From Seison nebaliae (Eukaryota): a stretch of DNA of 38,190 nt. The position numbers and the translations under genes were made by a program. The stretch is taken from positions 1-38,190 of the forward strand of contig JALJEE010002836.1 in NCBI GenBank assembly GCA_023231475.1. Reading direction: 5' to 3'. Below, piece by piece: positions 22,001-35,754 of the stretch. Every line of letters begins with the position of its first letter. Within the stretch, counting starts at the first letter, position 1. The notes under the pieces are model-generated. The model did not search any database, was not told where the DNA came from, and worked only from the letters and a program-made list of their open reading frames with translations.

Positions 22001-25000
22001 GCGGTGAACAATGCACCATGAATACCAAGTGGTAATGAGAATGTGAAATTGTTATTCTGATAAGCGTTCTCGATTGGTTGACATTCTTTCAGACGCTGGA
22101 ATGGAATTAAGAACCGTTAATGGAAATGGACGAACTGTTTTACAAAGTTTTTTCAGTTTCTTCAAATCTCCCATTCTCCATTTGCCATTCTCTTGACAAA
22201 AGATACGTTGTTTCACTAAAAATTTAATGTAAATCATAGGAAATAATTTTGTTTAAATTTACAATAATTGAATAGAGTTTCATAAAATTCACCTTAAATA
22301 ATGGATTACAAAATATTTCTATGACAACTAAATAAATTCTCTAATTCCTCAAAAAAAATTATTCGAAACACAAAGAGCGTTTCGAATGATGAGTGAATGA
22401 CGACAACGGATAAATAAATTATATATAAATAATATACTTATCCTCTCTATGTCATTTAAGAAATGTTAGAAAACAATCTTTTTTTCTGAACATAATATGA
22501 GTGTAGTAATTGAAGTTTTCTAAGATTATGTTAATAAGGGTAAATGGATAACTAGGAATTGGATAAGATCGACCGCAATGCATCGTTGCTTTTTCGTAGC
22601 TGAAGGAGGCGGATCGCGGTAAATTGTATTTGGCAATTGGAGAGCAGTACCGTCGCTGCTTTTCTAAATGAAAGTAGTGAATGTATGTGGATGATGTGCA
22701 TGACATCGGTTATTTGGACGACGACGAGAGCGATAATGAATAGATAATGAATTAGTTAATAAGAGTTAATGATGCAAACCCCTACTAATGGTAGTGGCAG
22801 TACTAGTGGTAAGAGTAATAGTAGTAGACATTGCTGCGGTTAGTGGCGATATTAATAAGAAGAGTAATAGGAGAACGATAGTTTCGAAATGGAAAAAGAA
22901 AGAAATTCTTATCGGTTTGGTACCTGTCGAAATGTGGAGTGTGGGCATTAAAGTAGGAATGTTCTTCGTCAGTCGAGTCGATGACATGTCTCCCATTTGA
23001 GTCGTCGTAAGGTAATTGAAAGGATTTTTTGGTTTCTAAAGAAGAATGAATTAATAAGTTAAACGAAGAAAGAAATAAAACTTGAAAGGGGGTGTCAAAG
23101 GCTGAAATGGGACGAACTCTGGGCGAAAGTTTAATTGGGGACATCTCATGTGAAATTCTTAAATCGACCAATGTGGATAAGGAATTGGTAGGAAGAAATG
23201 TTGTTGATGTTAAAGGATTATTTACTTCCGACGATGATGTGATATTTGTTTGGCGTAGAGATGGCGTGACAGTTGATGAATGGTCCAGTTTATCGGTATT
23301 GTTTCTCAAATTCATTGGAATTATTCCTTTAGAATTGTTCGATGGCGAATAAGAGAAATGAGTTTCAGTATCGTTATCATCCGATGATGTTGTTGTTGTA
23401 TTAGAATAATATCTAAATTTGTTGACAGATGAAGTGGCAGGTTGATAAATGAACGGATCTCCCAAATTTTCCTTTAGTGGAACAGTGCTATTGTCAATGA
23501 CATTGATTTGTGTCATATTTGTATGTTTGACATCGATCGTAGGTATGAAAGAAAGTATCGTCGTATTATTCATTGGGTAAGTGGGGAGATCTGATACATT
23601 GAAATTAATCAGAAATTTTGAAATATTTCTAATTGGCTGGTTCATATCAGTGACGAATGCAGCAGATGTAGTTGTAACATCAATTTTAGGTAAAGGGGAA
23701 TTATTTATATGGACATTATCATTCTTCTCCTTAGTCATGTTCGTTAACGGTAAAATATTCGGGGATGATATTGAGCTGTTTCCAAAGGACATAACTCTCG
23801 AAATATTCCCATCAACATTTTCATTCAATTCGGAGTCGAGTGGGAAGGTTCTCGTCGAATTAACTTCCAATTCCGAATTATTACGAACCACCTTTGAAGA
23901 ATTGTTCGATAAACTGGTTTTATTAATTTCGATTTCTAATCCTTTACCTTGGTCAATAATCGATTTCGATGTCGTGGATAATGGATAAAACATTGTGACG
24001 TTTGAAGGAGGGGTGAATGGTGAGAGAGAAATGTTTTTAGCTATTGATTGAAACCATAGTACAAGTTTTGAGGAATTGGAATGGTGAGTCGATTCGGTCG
24101 AATTGACCGTAAATCTGGCGTTGAAATTAGATTGAGTTGCGTTATTCTTCTGATTAGTTGATTGAAATGGAAATGGTAATTTATTATTTATTTCAGTTTG
24201 ATCAACATCCAATTGGGTTCTATTCTTGACATTTACCGATGGGAAGCTAGCGTTCGTGTCAGACAAATTTGCAATTACCTTCGTAGTATTGTTAATTGAT
24301 TTATGAGTTTTGGGAATTATCGATCCTCCGGGAGCTGATTCATTCTGCCGACTATTCTGTTCTGAATGGGAGAGAGAAGGAGGAAGAATTTTTGGAGGAA
24401 TGGTCTCATCATTGAAAATTCGAGTTGTTGAAATATGAAACGAATTATTTCCATCGTTATCTCCCATCGACGAATTTTTGTATGTATTCGTTGATTTGGT
24501 CAATGAATCGCTACTGAAATTATTCGACTTCTCAACCTTCACTGTCTCATCGTTCCAACTGTCATCACTCGTCGATTCGTTTGTAATATTGGATGTTGTG
24601 TGTTGGGGAAGTGATGTTGTTTTGGATGTGAGGGTTGTACCCGATTCCATATCTTCATTACGTATCTCTTCGTTCAATGAGACGTCTGTCTTATCTGCAT
24701 CGAAATTCCGAAAAGAAAATAGATAAGATTTTATTATTAGAAGTCTGCTGATGGACCGGAATGATGAATAAAAGTTAATCTTGTAATTAATGGTTGGTTG
24801 GTTAGTCTAGTCGATTCTATCAGAAATGATAAATCGGGGATAGAAATAGATAAATTGGATAGGAAGTTTTTTTCGCATTTGTCGTTCGCTATCGATCATT
24901 CATATAAATGGAGAAGCAGAAGTAGAAGAATGAGAAATTTACGATAATGTGATATTCATGATATTAGACAAGTCACATTCATTTTCACATTGTCCTTTTC

Positions 25001-26426
25001 AAACGTGTGCATTGGGATTTGCACAAAAGAATAGGAGAAAAGTTCAACTTTCATCTTTAAATAATCACTTTATCAAATCTGAATTTAAGGAGAATTTTAG
25101 ATAATTTTAAATTCCCCTCCACACATCGTAGATTGGTATTGATGATTTTCACGTTCAATCGAATCTTCTAGTTAATGATGATTATATTACCGTTCGATGT
25201 AAATACGCTAATGTGGACAGGAGTAGCGTATGTGTGTAGTGGAGGAATGGATAGACGGAAGAAAGATATGGAAAGGAACGGACGAAAAGTAAGTTTGGTT
25301 TAAATGAAAGAAGTAAATGAATGGAGAGATGAATTGTGAAATAACCTTTGCATATTTGACTGTTCTCGTCATCGGCTGACGTTTTCCATGCGAAACAATC
25401 GAGAATTTTATCTGGCAATATTCGTGCAACGGTTAATGATCATGCATGTTTCCCTTCTCATTAACATTATTCTCCTTCACACCATCAACAACACTAACAA
25501 CAACGATATCCGAAAGAAATTTTTTGGATAATAATTAGAAGGAAATATAATTTCAACTTTCATCATCCGTCCACCTCCCTCCGTCACCATGCGTCTTATC
25601 AGATAATCAAAGAATGGCAAGTGGAGACTTCTGTCCAATATTGATGATCGACAAGGCATAATTTCTTATTGCAATCTTGCCCTCGGTCTCAACATGCAAC
25701 ACAATGGAGAGAGGCAACATGGAAGGAGATGTTCCAATGAAAAATATTTCTTCTATTCTCAATATTTTTTTATTGATTGCTGCTGTCATTGCTGTTGGTG
25801 ATGGAAGTCCAATCATGGTATGGATTGGAGGAAGAAAAAAATTAAAATTTCTTTTTACTAACTTCGAGTATTGCAATAGAACCGAATTGTGACGCAATGC
25901 GTATCACAAATTTTTGCAGTGCAGTTATGTCTGATTCGCATGACCTCTGTTTTGCAGAAGCTTTTCTTGTCGCACCTACTCCCAGTCGACGGGGAAATAA
26001 TTAGAGAAAATAATTATTTTTCTTCAATATTTTTTCCTTTCCGATTCATAAAAAGGAATATTACATCTCTTTACATTTCCTCCTCAAGATTCTTATCAAT
26101 TAATTTCCTTTTAATTTATTCCATTAAATTCTCTCCCAATGACGTCCACCAACTCACACCAGCATTCATCAACGAAATATGAGGGTTGAAAGAACTAACT
26201 TTTGTTTGAGGACACGAACGAAATCCGAATCAACTCCACATTTCTTACCGCGCAGAGTTCTCGCCGACATCGTGTCATTCTGACATTCGAGTTTCTTCCG
26301 AAAAATCACTTTCCTGATGGCGATCGTACCTTCATTACATGACAATTTCAACTCGTTTATTTGACATATATCGAACGAGTGAGTAGCAACTAAGAGATAA
26401 GCGATATACACAATTATCGTCAACAT
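19022..26426 (-). CDS. Latrophilin-like adhesion GPCR: signal peptide, SUEL/RBL-like lectin, very long S/T/N stalk, Cys-rich HormR-like repeats, GAIN/GPS, 7TM; multi-exon
   Basis: GPS: WKQDGC...CECNHLTHFAVLM (about 20650-20740). TM6-7: RGAFVLGALLGLTWIFG...YLFAIFNSLQGFFIFIFYC. GAIN-like exon 20880-21650, stalk exon about 23082-24694, lectin-like Cys exons 26426-26200 and 25975-25863. The link between the lectin exons and the rest, across 24900-25600, is uncertain. Confidence 0.8.
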
Positions 26427-28106
26427 CTGACCAAGTTCGATTAGAAGAAGAAAATATTATGGGAGAGATTGTTGGAAGAAGAGAAATGATAGGGATAAAT
26501 TTCCTGAACGATGTCGATCGATCAACATTAGAAGTCGATTTCGTCGTTTCTTATTTACATTCTCCGAATATTTCTTCCTTCTCAAAAAATTTATTCGATC
26601 TCTTCTTCTAATTTGTAACAGTTCTCCATTCCGGATTGACATGAACACGGAACACGAATATGAACAAGTAGCAGAAGAGAAATGACGAGAGGAATTTGTT
26701 TAAATCTATTTTTGCATTTATCCTCTCTCGGAATCCGTTAAGAATTCAAAAGAATCATATCGTTCCGAATAAATACGTTACGTTGACGAATGCTTCTTCA
26801 ATTGCGTTGGCTGATGTTTACGATTCCTCTTAAGAACATCTATCGTCAATTCATCTGAACCAACAACAATCCATCGAAATTATTCGAACACGTTGTTAGA
26901 ACTTTATCGTTACATCATCATCAGCCTCAGCCTACTCATCGTCGGAATAGTGGAAGGAGAGTCTCTTCCTTTCTATTCGTTGAATATTCTCGTCGTCGTT
27001 TCTCCTCTAATTCGGACGATACTAGAGAAGTTCCAGTTGCTAATCGAAATCTTCACATTCCTTGTTGAAAAATAGAGAATGATTAGATGAAGCGACTGGA
27101 GAAAACGAGTGAATTTATCGAGTAGCGAATCGATAGATGGATGGATGCCACTCGATATGCGAACTTAATACTCCTCATTCCATTTGTAATGGAACTGGGT
27201 GTAACAAAAGAAAGAAATTTGATAAATATTTAACCATTCAATTGAGACAGTTCTCGGGTCTAATTCATCATAAGACGACGAACTCAATAAATGACGAATT
27301 TTTATTTATCAACATAATAATAACATCTCTCATTCGGTTCATATTAGACATCGCAAATCACCACTACTGCCTCCTCCTTTCACCCAGTGTCCATCTTAGC
27401 AGGAGGGGTGTATGAACAATCAAATTTCAACTGATGACTTCACGCTTAGCTGAAGGAGCAGTTTGCTTCTGTCAGAATGAAGGTCAAAAATGAACTTTTG
27501 AGAATTGTGACTCATAAAATATGTGGCAAAACTATCGAACCTGATATCCGAATTGCCCTCATCATTCCTCAAAATGAACTTTCCTCTTATCTGTCGCGTG
27601 CGGAAGGAACATGAATTATATAATCAGTTCAGTCGATTCATATCCATTCTCTTCAATCATTCCTTCATTCTTCTCTTATTATTAACTCTTGTTATTTATT
27701 ATCAGAAATATTTTCGTTTCCCATCGACAACATTGCATAATCAGCCTTCCTATTACGATGCGCATCGTTAGTAGATTGTGGAGACAGTTTCGTAAGTTAA
27801 AAATCGAAATGTTGCCAACATTCTCGTTAGCTCAAAATGAATAGCGTCAGTTTAAGTTTATTTTCAAATTTCATCTTTCCACCAACAACTTAAAGGTGGA
27901 AAGGACATTCTTTCCAAACAAGCAAATTGTGTCAATCAAATGAAGAAGCAAACGGAACAAATGTCCCTCTCTCGTCATGTCGACGGTGGCATTCCGTTTT
28001 AATCATCTAAATTAAGCTAATCTCTTTAAAATTCTCGGAAACTAAAATTTAATTTGGAGCTATCTCAATAAACATTATACAAATAGTTTGATAAATGTTT
28101 CTACTA

Positions 28107-28120
28107 GTTGCTATGGGAAC
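28107..28120 (+). promoter_or_regulatory. RFX X-box upstream of STPG1
   Basis: GTTGCTATGGGAAC, close to the GTTGCCATGGCAAC consensus, about 64 nt before the ATG of a ciliary/flagellar gene. Confidence 0.7.
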
Positions 28121-28183
28121 GACATCCTTTGAACTTCGTCACCTATTCCACTGGAGTTGTTGAGGGACATCTATGTAGAAATA

Positions 28184-29444
28184 ATGTTGAAAACAGTAAA
28201 ACGTTCTGTCGATTACAGTTTGTTTTTCGTGTAAATTAAAATCTTATCATTCTTTTCTTTATTAGCTTCCACTCCAACAATACCCACAAAATATAGAACA
28301 ATAGTTCTAAAAAATTCATGTCCAAAAGGTTTCAATCAAACCGATTCGAGATTCCATTTGAAATTCGTTTAATTTCTAATCAAGAACTAAAGAAATTCAT
28401 TGAACTTTCAGAGTAGCAATCCAGGACCTGGTTCTTATAATTTGGAGAATGGAGAGAGTACTTCGAATCAGAAAACATTTAGTGGACCGTTTGCTTCGAG
28501 AGTAAGCAGAAAGAATGCTTTCACTTTAACGGATGTGAAAAAAAGAAATGAACCAGGTCCAGGAACGTATTCCCCTAAATTAGAATTGGTAAAAGAATCC
28601 AATAAGAATTCCGCCGCTTTTCTTGCTAAAGAAAGAACGTCTTCTTCCAAAAGACTACTTGAAAATCCTGGACCGAATAATTATAAAGTTTCAAATTTCA
28701 TCGAACTCAATTTCCATTTATATAATTAAAGGTGGAGAAAGTGAAAGTAGACAAATATAAATTCCGCTCCAATAACATGAATGGGAAATCTTGTTTCAAA
28801 TCGACTGCACCACGAATTTATATAGAGAAAGTTGATGAAGTGCCACCACCCGGTCAATACAATTTGTCAAAGAAACCGGAGAAACATGTCATATCTTCCA
28901 GTTTTAAATCAAAACGAGAAATTAGTCTATCAAAAAATGTTCATCTATTTCATTAGTGAAAGAAGAATTGTAAATTGATCAATTGTAATGTCTTCTTGAA
29001 TAGGTGAAGAATCCGGGACCATCTGATTATCATCCTTATGAAATGACATCTGTCGATCTTGCACCAAAAACACAACAACCGTTAATTTTATTCCTTTCCT
29101 TTTTATTCGATTTTTTCATTTACATTTATTCTTCGATAGATTGAGACATCAATTAAGAATCGCTGCACCTGCTCTAGTAAGGAAAGATTCTCTCCAACTT
29201 CCTGGACCTGGTAGTTACAATGTCGACTTACGACCTGATGACAGATATGTGAACCAAACATCCACTTTCGTTTCAGGAACTTCTCGATGGAAAATTAATG
29301 ATAACGAAATGACAATTCAACCAGCTCCAAGTTATTGTGATTAAATTATATAAATTTTCTTATTCTCCTTTTCCAGATACTTACAATCCACAGGAAGTGG
29401 GAAAACAATCGTTTCATTTAAATATGAAGAATCGTTGGATATAA
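28184..29444 (+). CDS. STPG1: Sperm-tail PG-rich repeat protein 1 (STPG1/MAPO2), 7 exons
   Basis: N-terminal PTIPTKYRT...KGFNQTDSRF, repeated PGPGxY / PPPGQY motifs, and C-terminal KQSFHLNMKNRWI*. Introns 28218-28265, 28367-28411, 28688-28731, 28939-29003, 29081-29139 and 29331-29376 keep the frame. Confidence 0.85.
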
Positions 29445-29505
29445 ATGAAATTATTATTAAAAACTTTCACACTCTTTATCAAAATAAAATTTAAATTTCG
29501 CTAAT

Positions 29506-31872
29506 TCATTTTGCCTTCTTCGCATTCCCTTCCAATTCTTCACTCTCTTTCTCACTCTCGATACGAAGACGTTCAACAAAATCATGATAAATCTTTGGTA
29601 GCGACTGAAAACATTTCCTGGCTTGGACATGTCGATATTCGACCGATTTCACAAACACATCCCCGTAACTCTATTGAAGAAGATGAGAAGTGAAATAAGA
29701 AGAAATTACTCATTAACTTTTTCACTGGGCATTTGCAAATGGGAAATGGTTTCTTGTTCGGTGAGCAATACACAATTCCAAGGAGACCATTCTTCATCTT
29801 TTCTCCATCGGCAAAATTTCAATTGATAGTGATGTTTCGCTTCCGACATGGCTGAGTGTCCACCCCAAATCTTGTGGAATAGTTCTGCAATATCAGCTGG
29901 CTGAAAAATTATTGTAAATTCTTCAAGTTCTTAAAATTCATCGAATTACTAACGACAAGTAAGTAACAAATTTTCGATTTTCCTTTCGATATTCGTTCTT
30001 CGTCCTCTTGTATTTGTTGCAACATGAATCTTTATGATGACCGTTCAAATCGGAGAGAAATAATGAAACAAACTTAAATTTACTGTAATCGATTTGTTTA
30101 TGTGACACATTCTCCAAATCTGCACATTGCATACATTTCCCGATATGTCGTTTGGAAGTGGAGATTTCGAAGCCACCGGTGGGTTTGTATTTGTTGCAGC
30201 TCGTACACCAATGATTAGCATCGATCGATGCTTTCTCGAACGCTTTCTTCTCATTCACCTGAGCCATTGCTGGGTTGAATTGTGGATTGTTAGCATATTG
30301 TCGAAATAAGATAGCTATTCGATCACGTAATGAATCCATATATTCTGACTTGAATCCTTTCACTGTTAAACTGACTTCCCGATCAATTAATTCCAAGATT
30401 TCTTGAGTCAATAAACAATCATGTTCCTCAAATGTATTCCTCATTATTTAGTTATAAATTGTATTGAAAATGAACTTCAATTGCTTGTTTCACTGAAAGC
30501 AAAACGTCCAATCGCTCATCGGTCGTCAAATTGAACATTCGTAAACTTTCATACAATTTTAATAATTGTTTCGAACGTAAATTGTAAGGTGTTAAAACTT
30601 CGGTAGCGAAACCGTTAGAACCGACCCATTTCTTCGGCTTGCATGATTTCAACAAATGATTAGTGATCCGTTTCTCTTTTGCTTTCAGTGTTGCCTCCTT
30701 CTTCAACGTATCGATGTTCCTCAACTGTTGTGCCTTCTCGTCGAGGAGAACGGCTTTCGCCGCTTTCTTCGCTGCATCTGATGACAACATATTAATTTCT
30801 TTCAATTTGTCATCAGTTAATTCTAAATGAGAATAAAAGAACATTATGTATTAAAAGTGAAGAATTAAATTGACAATAAATTCGAACGTCGTAGAGCACT
30901 GTAAACAATTCCAAAGTCACTATCTGATTTGGGTTCCATTCGACGTTCGTAATCTTCTCGAGCACGTCGATTGGAAGTCGCTTGTCGGAGAGCTCTCACT
31001 TCTAATTCATATTTGAGTCGATTATGAATGTCTCGTCGCACACGTTCCACATGTTTCTTCGCTAACCATCTTCTACAATATTTCTGAATGATAATGACCG
31101 ATCCCACAACGAAATCTAAACGTTCGGCAGCCGTTTGATATTTACCCGCCGTGACTATCCGAGTATTAGTGGAAGTGATATGTAATCCCGGTTTATCCAT
31201 CTGAGTTGCCGAATCTTTACATGTCTGTATTACTTTCGTTATGAGACTGTATGTTTGAGTGTCTCTACAATGGCGTAATTTGTCGTTTTTACGTTTTGCT
31301 CCTTGGAATGTTTGAGTAGATGCGTTATGATATTCCGTTCCCGTTAACTTATTCCGATATCCTCCTAAATATGGTTTTCTTGAACTGTTTCTCTCAACTT
31401 CTAATTGAAGTTGTTGCAAACCACAACCTTCATCCTTCCGCACATTTATGATGATATCCGCATGTTCCGTTTTTGGAGTTGGATCAATGAATTGACCTAA
31501 CGGATATACACCTGAATCAATACTAGCAGCAGTCAAATGGACATGATCATCTTCTCCTTTACTGAGTTCGGATATGAGATCTGAATCCATCAGAATTGCC
31601 TGCAAATTAGTATATCTCAGTGTCATGTGATTAGTTAACATTTCAGTATGAAGAGCCAAATACTTCCTAAGATCAAGTACACGATAACCAGTTCGTACGT
31701 TCACATTCAACTGTTGGTGAGTTCCGTCGAACATGAGAATTATAGAAGTTCTTCCGACATCGTCCCATCGTATCCCACGAATTGACTCATCCTGGTTTGA
31801 AGTCGATTGCTCGAAAAACGATGGCTGGTCTGAACTACTTTGAAATTCGACGGTTTCTGTCGCACTTTCCAT
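29506..31872 (-). CDS. IQUB: IQ motif and ubiquitin-like domain protein (radial spoke), 6 exons
   Basis: KPYLGGYRNKLTGTEYHNASTQT, CRDTQT, IQ motif IIIQKYCRRWLAK, ERLDVLLSVK, EHDCLLTQEILELIDRE, NPQFNP, WSPWNCVLLT. Start taken at MESATE (31872). Confidence 0.92.
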
Positions 31873-31928
31873 TCTATGAAAAACAATATTCAGGTAATCT
31901 AATTTGATGTATACTATCCAATTTTCCC

Positions 31929-31942
31929 GTCGCCATACTAAC
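31929..31942 (-). promoter_or_regulatory. RFX X-box-like element upstream of IQUB
   Basis: Minus strand GTTAGTATGGCGAC, about 57 nt upstream of the ATG. Confidence 0.5.
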
Positions 31943-33082
31943 AACACAAAACGGCACCATTATGGATATGCTTTCAGAAACATTTAGTAAGAAAATGTAT
32001 CGATTTAAAAAATTAGCTTGAAAAATATTGTATAGTTGTAATAGCTATAGATATATATTATATATCTAGTTGTAATATTAAACTTTTCAAAATATTTATT
32101 TTTTCCTGACGCCTAAGTCATTAAGCTTTTAATTTAAGAATTTACAAATTTTATGATTATTTCATGACAACGATCATTTGATGTCGGTTGGATAATGATG
32201 TGGAGAATTAACAACATCAGTATATTCAAACAATAACAGGGTTTTCCATTTCAGTTAGAAATTTCTAGAAGAAAGATTGGAAGAATAAAATGGAATCTTT
32301 ATCAAGGGATTGTTATTACGGGTGTGCCATAATTGAGGTAGAATGGTGCTTCAGTTAATGGCACATCCGAAGGGGCTTTATAAGCCTTTATATATTATAT
32401 AAGGGTTTATACACTCCGAGCTGACAAGCTATATTACCTTTCAAGATTACTGTCAGCTCGGAGGAGTACTTATAGGTTACTTGCTGGATTGGCCATTCCA
32501 TCAAAGCCGTGATGGAACTGGTGAGTCCAGCTATTTTATTGATCTTGATGATTAGTGGAAGATCATCAAGATCAATATTATTCGTCTTGTCATCTATCAA
32601 AGATCAGTTGTTTACTACCAAGGCTTCTCATAGGACAGTTATTTCCACAAGATACAAATTTCCTCTGAACAAAACAGATGTTTCAATGATATTCAAATTG
32701 GTGTTTTCCTTTCTAATTCGACTAACTGGATTCCTTCTCATATTTCAATCTTATTTGGTTCAATTTGGGCAATTTATCAAAGATGGAGCGTCTCGTATTA
32801 ATCTGATTTCATTTTCATTCTATTTCTTTTCCTAACAAATAAATTTGATTCATGAATTCTTTATATTCATTTATGTTTAAAATAATGTTCTACAGCGAAC
32901 TTGTTGGAAACTAATAATCAGAACATACAAATAATTTGTTGGGATCTCTAAAATATTTTATTAGTTATTAAAAAAAACAAATAGTCGTATAAGTGGATTG
33001 TAATTATCATCAAATATAATTAGTAATACTATTTATTGGGTGAGGAATTTTGTTTAATAAATCTTGTTATTAAATTGGATTC

Positions 33083-34240
33083 TTAACTTTCATCATCGTT
33101 CTTACAATTGACAATAGTGTTAATTGAGAAATAATGCCGATTAATCTTATTCAGTATTATCGGTACTTGCCAACTGAGATATTTATAAACTTCGTAGATT
33201 GGAATACAGAAATCGAGAAAGATGAATAATATCAAGAGTGCACAAAAAATGCATCCAATCACGATTATTGCATCATATCGAATGTATTGATCTTCATGTA
33301 GATGAATATCTTGTGAGAATAATAAGATAAAGAATGGTGAATAGAAATTATTAACCTACTTCACATAATTCACCCCGGAAATAACTTTGACATTCACAAG
33401 TAAAATTCGATTCATCTTCTTCATGTTGAATACATTTGCCTCCGTTCTGACATCGATTTTCATAAAGACAAATCTCGAATTTTGATTGACATTTCTCGCC
33501 ATAATATTCTTCCTCACATTTACACACTTTCTGTTTATCGAAGTTTATTAATTCCGTTGAATTGAGACTATCACATAATCGATTCTGAGAAGCGTCGTTA
33601 AATTCCCGACCATTTTCGTCGATATCTTTTTTTTTGAAATAAAAATATTATAACTGAATAACATTGAAAATATAGAAGAAGTAATTTAACGATAAACAAC
33701 ACAGACAAATGAATGATTCTCTTTTTTTTCGACGATATTCAACTCCTCAGATCTCCAATTGAATATAATGGCATGTTGTTGTTTATTAAATAATGAAATG
33801 TAATTTTTATTAAGAATTTGATCACTTCCTAATTTATTGAGGAATATTGGTTGTCCTCGATTAATATCATAAGTAAATAGTCGATAGATGGGATGATAAA
33901 ATGATGATATCCAATACGTGTCATTTCCATCAGTTATATTTGATAAGAATTCAACTAATTGACAATTTGAGAAGGAATGTGTTTATGAGAGATAACTTAA
34001 ACGTATGAACGAATATGGTCTAGTGTTGCGATCAGCAAACGGACTACAACAATCGAACGAATATAATGAACCAATTTGCATATGGGGAATAGTAAATTGT
34101 TTCGAACAATTACTTTCTGCCTCTCCATAACTCATCTTTTCATTAACTAAATGAAGAATTGGTAACAGATCGTTCGATTGCAATGAAATTAATTGAAAAT
34201 GTATGAAGAAAAAATGAATGAGAATCTGAAAAACTTTCAT
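33083..34240 (-). CDS. Type-I membrane protein: signal peptide, divergent C-type lectin domain, two EGF-like repeats, TM helix; 4 exons
   Basis: KMSYGEAESNC, TYWIS, HSFVC (CTL); CKCEEEYYGEKC and CQNGGKC...FTCECQSYFRGELCE (EGF); AIIVIGCIFCALLILFIFL (TM); stop at 33083-33085. Confidence 0.8.
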
Positions 34241-34382
34241 ATTTGTTCGAAAACGAATTAAATGAAATTCACGGAATTTTCATGAGTCCAACATAAATTA
34301 TGAGTATATTAGGAAAGAAGAAAGTCCATTTAAGAATTGACAAAAGGAAATATCGAAATTTTTGGAGAAAATGGAAAGAATT

Positions 34383-35214
34383 TCAATTCTTAATATTTCC
34401 TATTGGAATTTTTAATCGATAATTAACTGTATTATTGACCTGCGACTCGTTTTCTGTACGTATGCCCTGTAAGAGAATAACGAATTCGAACGACATTCCA
34501 AAAACATGAATTTCATTCAAATTCACTCTAATAATATTCGGAAACTCGAATGTCATTTTCTGATGGTTCTGTTTTTCAAATGTTTCCAGACATGTCTTTC
34601 TATTCTCGGTAGGAGAATCATCTAACAAATTAGAATCAGATATTGATAATGAGGAGGATGATATGTCTAAAAACCTTTATTTAAGTAGACTTCGAACGAT
34701 AAAGAGAATTGTTTCGGTAGACGAGTAAATTTCTTTTTCAATCGTTCCAGAGACGTGAACATATTTCTGATTTTATATTCTTTCGTCATCGATGTATCTT
34801 GTGTGATATTATCGAATTGATTGACACGAATAAAATACACTTCAAATTCGACATTAGTATCTTCCACTATATGTCGGAGATTAAGTGTGCAAATTCTCGT
34901 CTACAAATTGAGATGTTGTATGAGAATAAAAATGAATTTCCTGAACCTCTTCAAATTGCACAACTTCCCCAATATGGTGGAAGAGTGCTTGGATCTGAGT
35001 ACTCACCATTCCATAATTGATGATATGAAGAGTAACGCCTTAAAATAAAAAATGAAATGAATGAAAGAACGGAAAAATTAGAACCATGATAGTTGTAATA
35101 AACAAAATTTTTCGGTTTAATCAAACCGCGATGAAATAAAATTTCACTGAAAAAAGTGATTGCCAACTCTTTTCGAAATTGTTTTGGATCTGTCGTTTCT
35201 AAACATTTTTCCAT
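34383..35214 (-). CDS. Divergent HORMA-domain protein (Mad2/Rev7/HORMAD-like), 4 exons
   Basis: The spliced product has FFSEILFHRGLIKPKNFVYYNYHGVTLHII (compare Mad2 SILYQRGIYP..F.RVQKYGLTL) and IRNMFTSLERL...RLPKQFSLSFEVY. Three GTT-AG introns join the ORF-track fragments in frame. Confidence 0.65.
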
Positions 35215-35754
35215 TTTTAATGTAAAAGAAGAACAATTCGAATTGGACACTTCTTTTCACATTATTTATATAAGCGTGATTGAAAAATGTTAAGTTATTT
35301 TAAAATCCAAAAATGCCGCACGTAAAAAAGAAGAAACGCAATGTTTTGTATTTTTCATCCGTTCCATTAGTGTTAAAAGTAGAACTATGATTTGCAATCT
35401 TTTCACATGGTTTAGTGAATGGTTTCCACGTTCTGTTCTACTCATTTCTTTTTATTTCACAAAATGTAACAAATTTATTTTTCACAAACAATTTAATTTT
35501 TAGTTTAGAAAGAGAAAGGAAAGTTTTAAGTCCTTTAAAATAATTTAGTAAGTAATTACCTAACATGTCATAGCTGCAAACGAAATGTAAGTTGAATATA
35601 AAAAAGGATTCACCTACTGGAAAAGCAATTGTCTACCAAAAACCATTTCAGAAAGGAAAAAACGTATATATTGTGCAATTGACGGAAATGCCGTAATCGG
35701 AACGAAATGGATTTTCTGCCATTTTCTGATTTTGAGGTGTTACGGGAAAACCAC

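Noticed and set aside
23092..24726. Plus-strand ORFs opposite the GPCR stalk, and similar antisense ORFs at 8625-8924, 17091-17537 and 28468-28650
   Set aside because: Shadow frames of real coding sequence on the other strand.
26457..27780. Short ORFs upstream of the GPCR
   Set aside because: No homology cues. More likely 5' UTR exons, uORFs and promoter, since an acceptor sits directly before ATG 26426.
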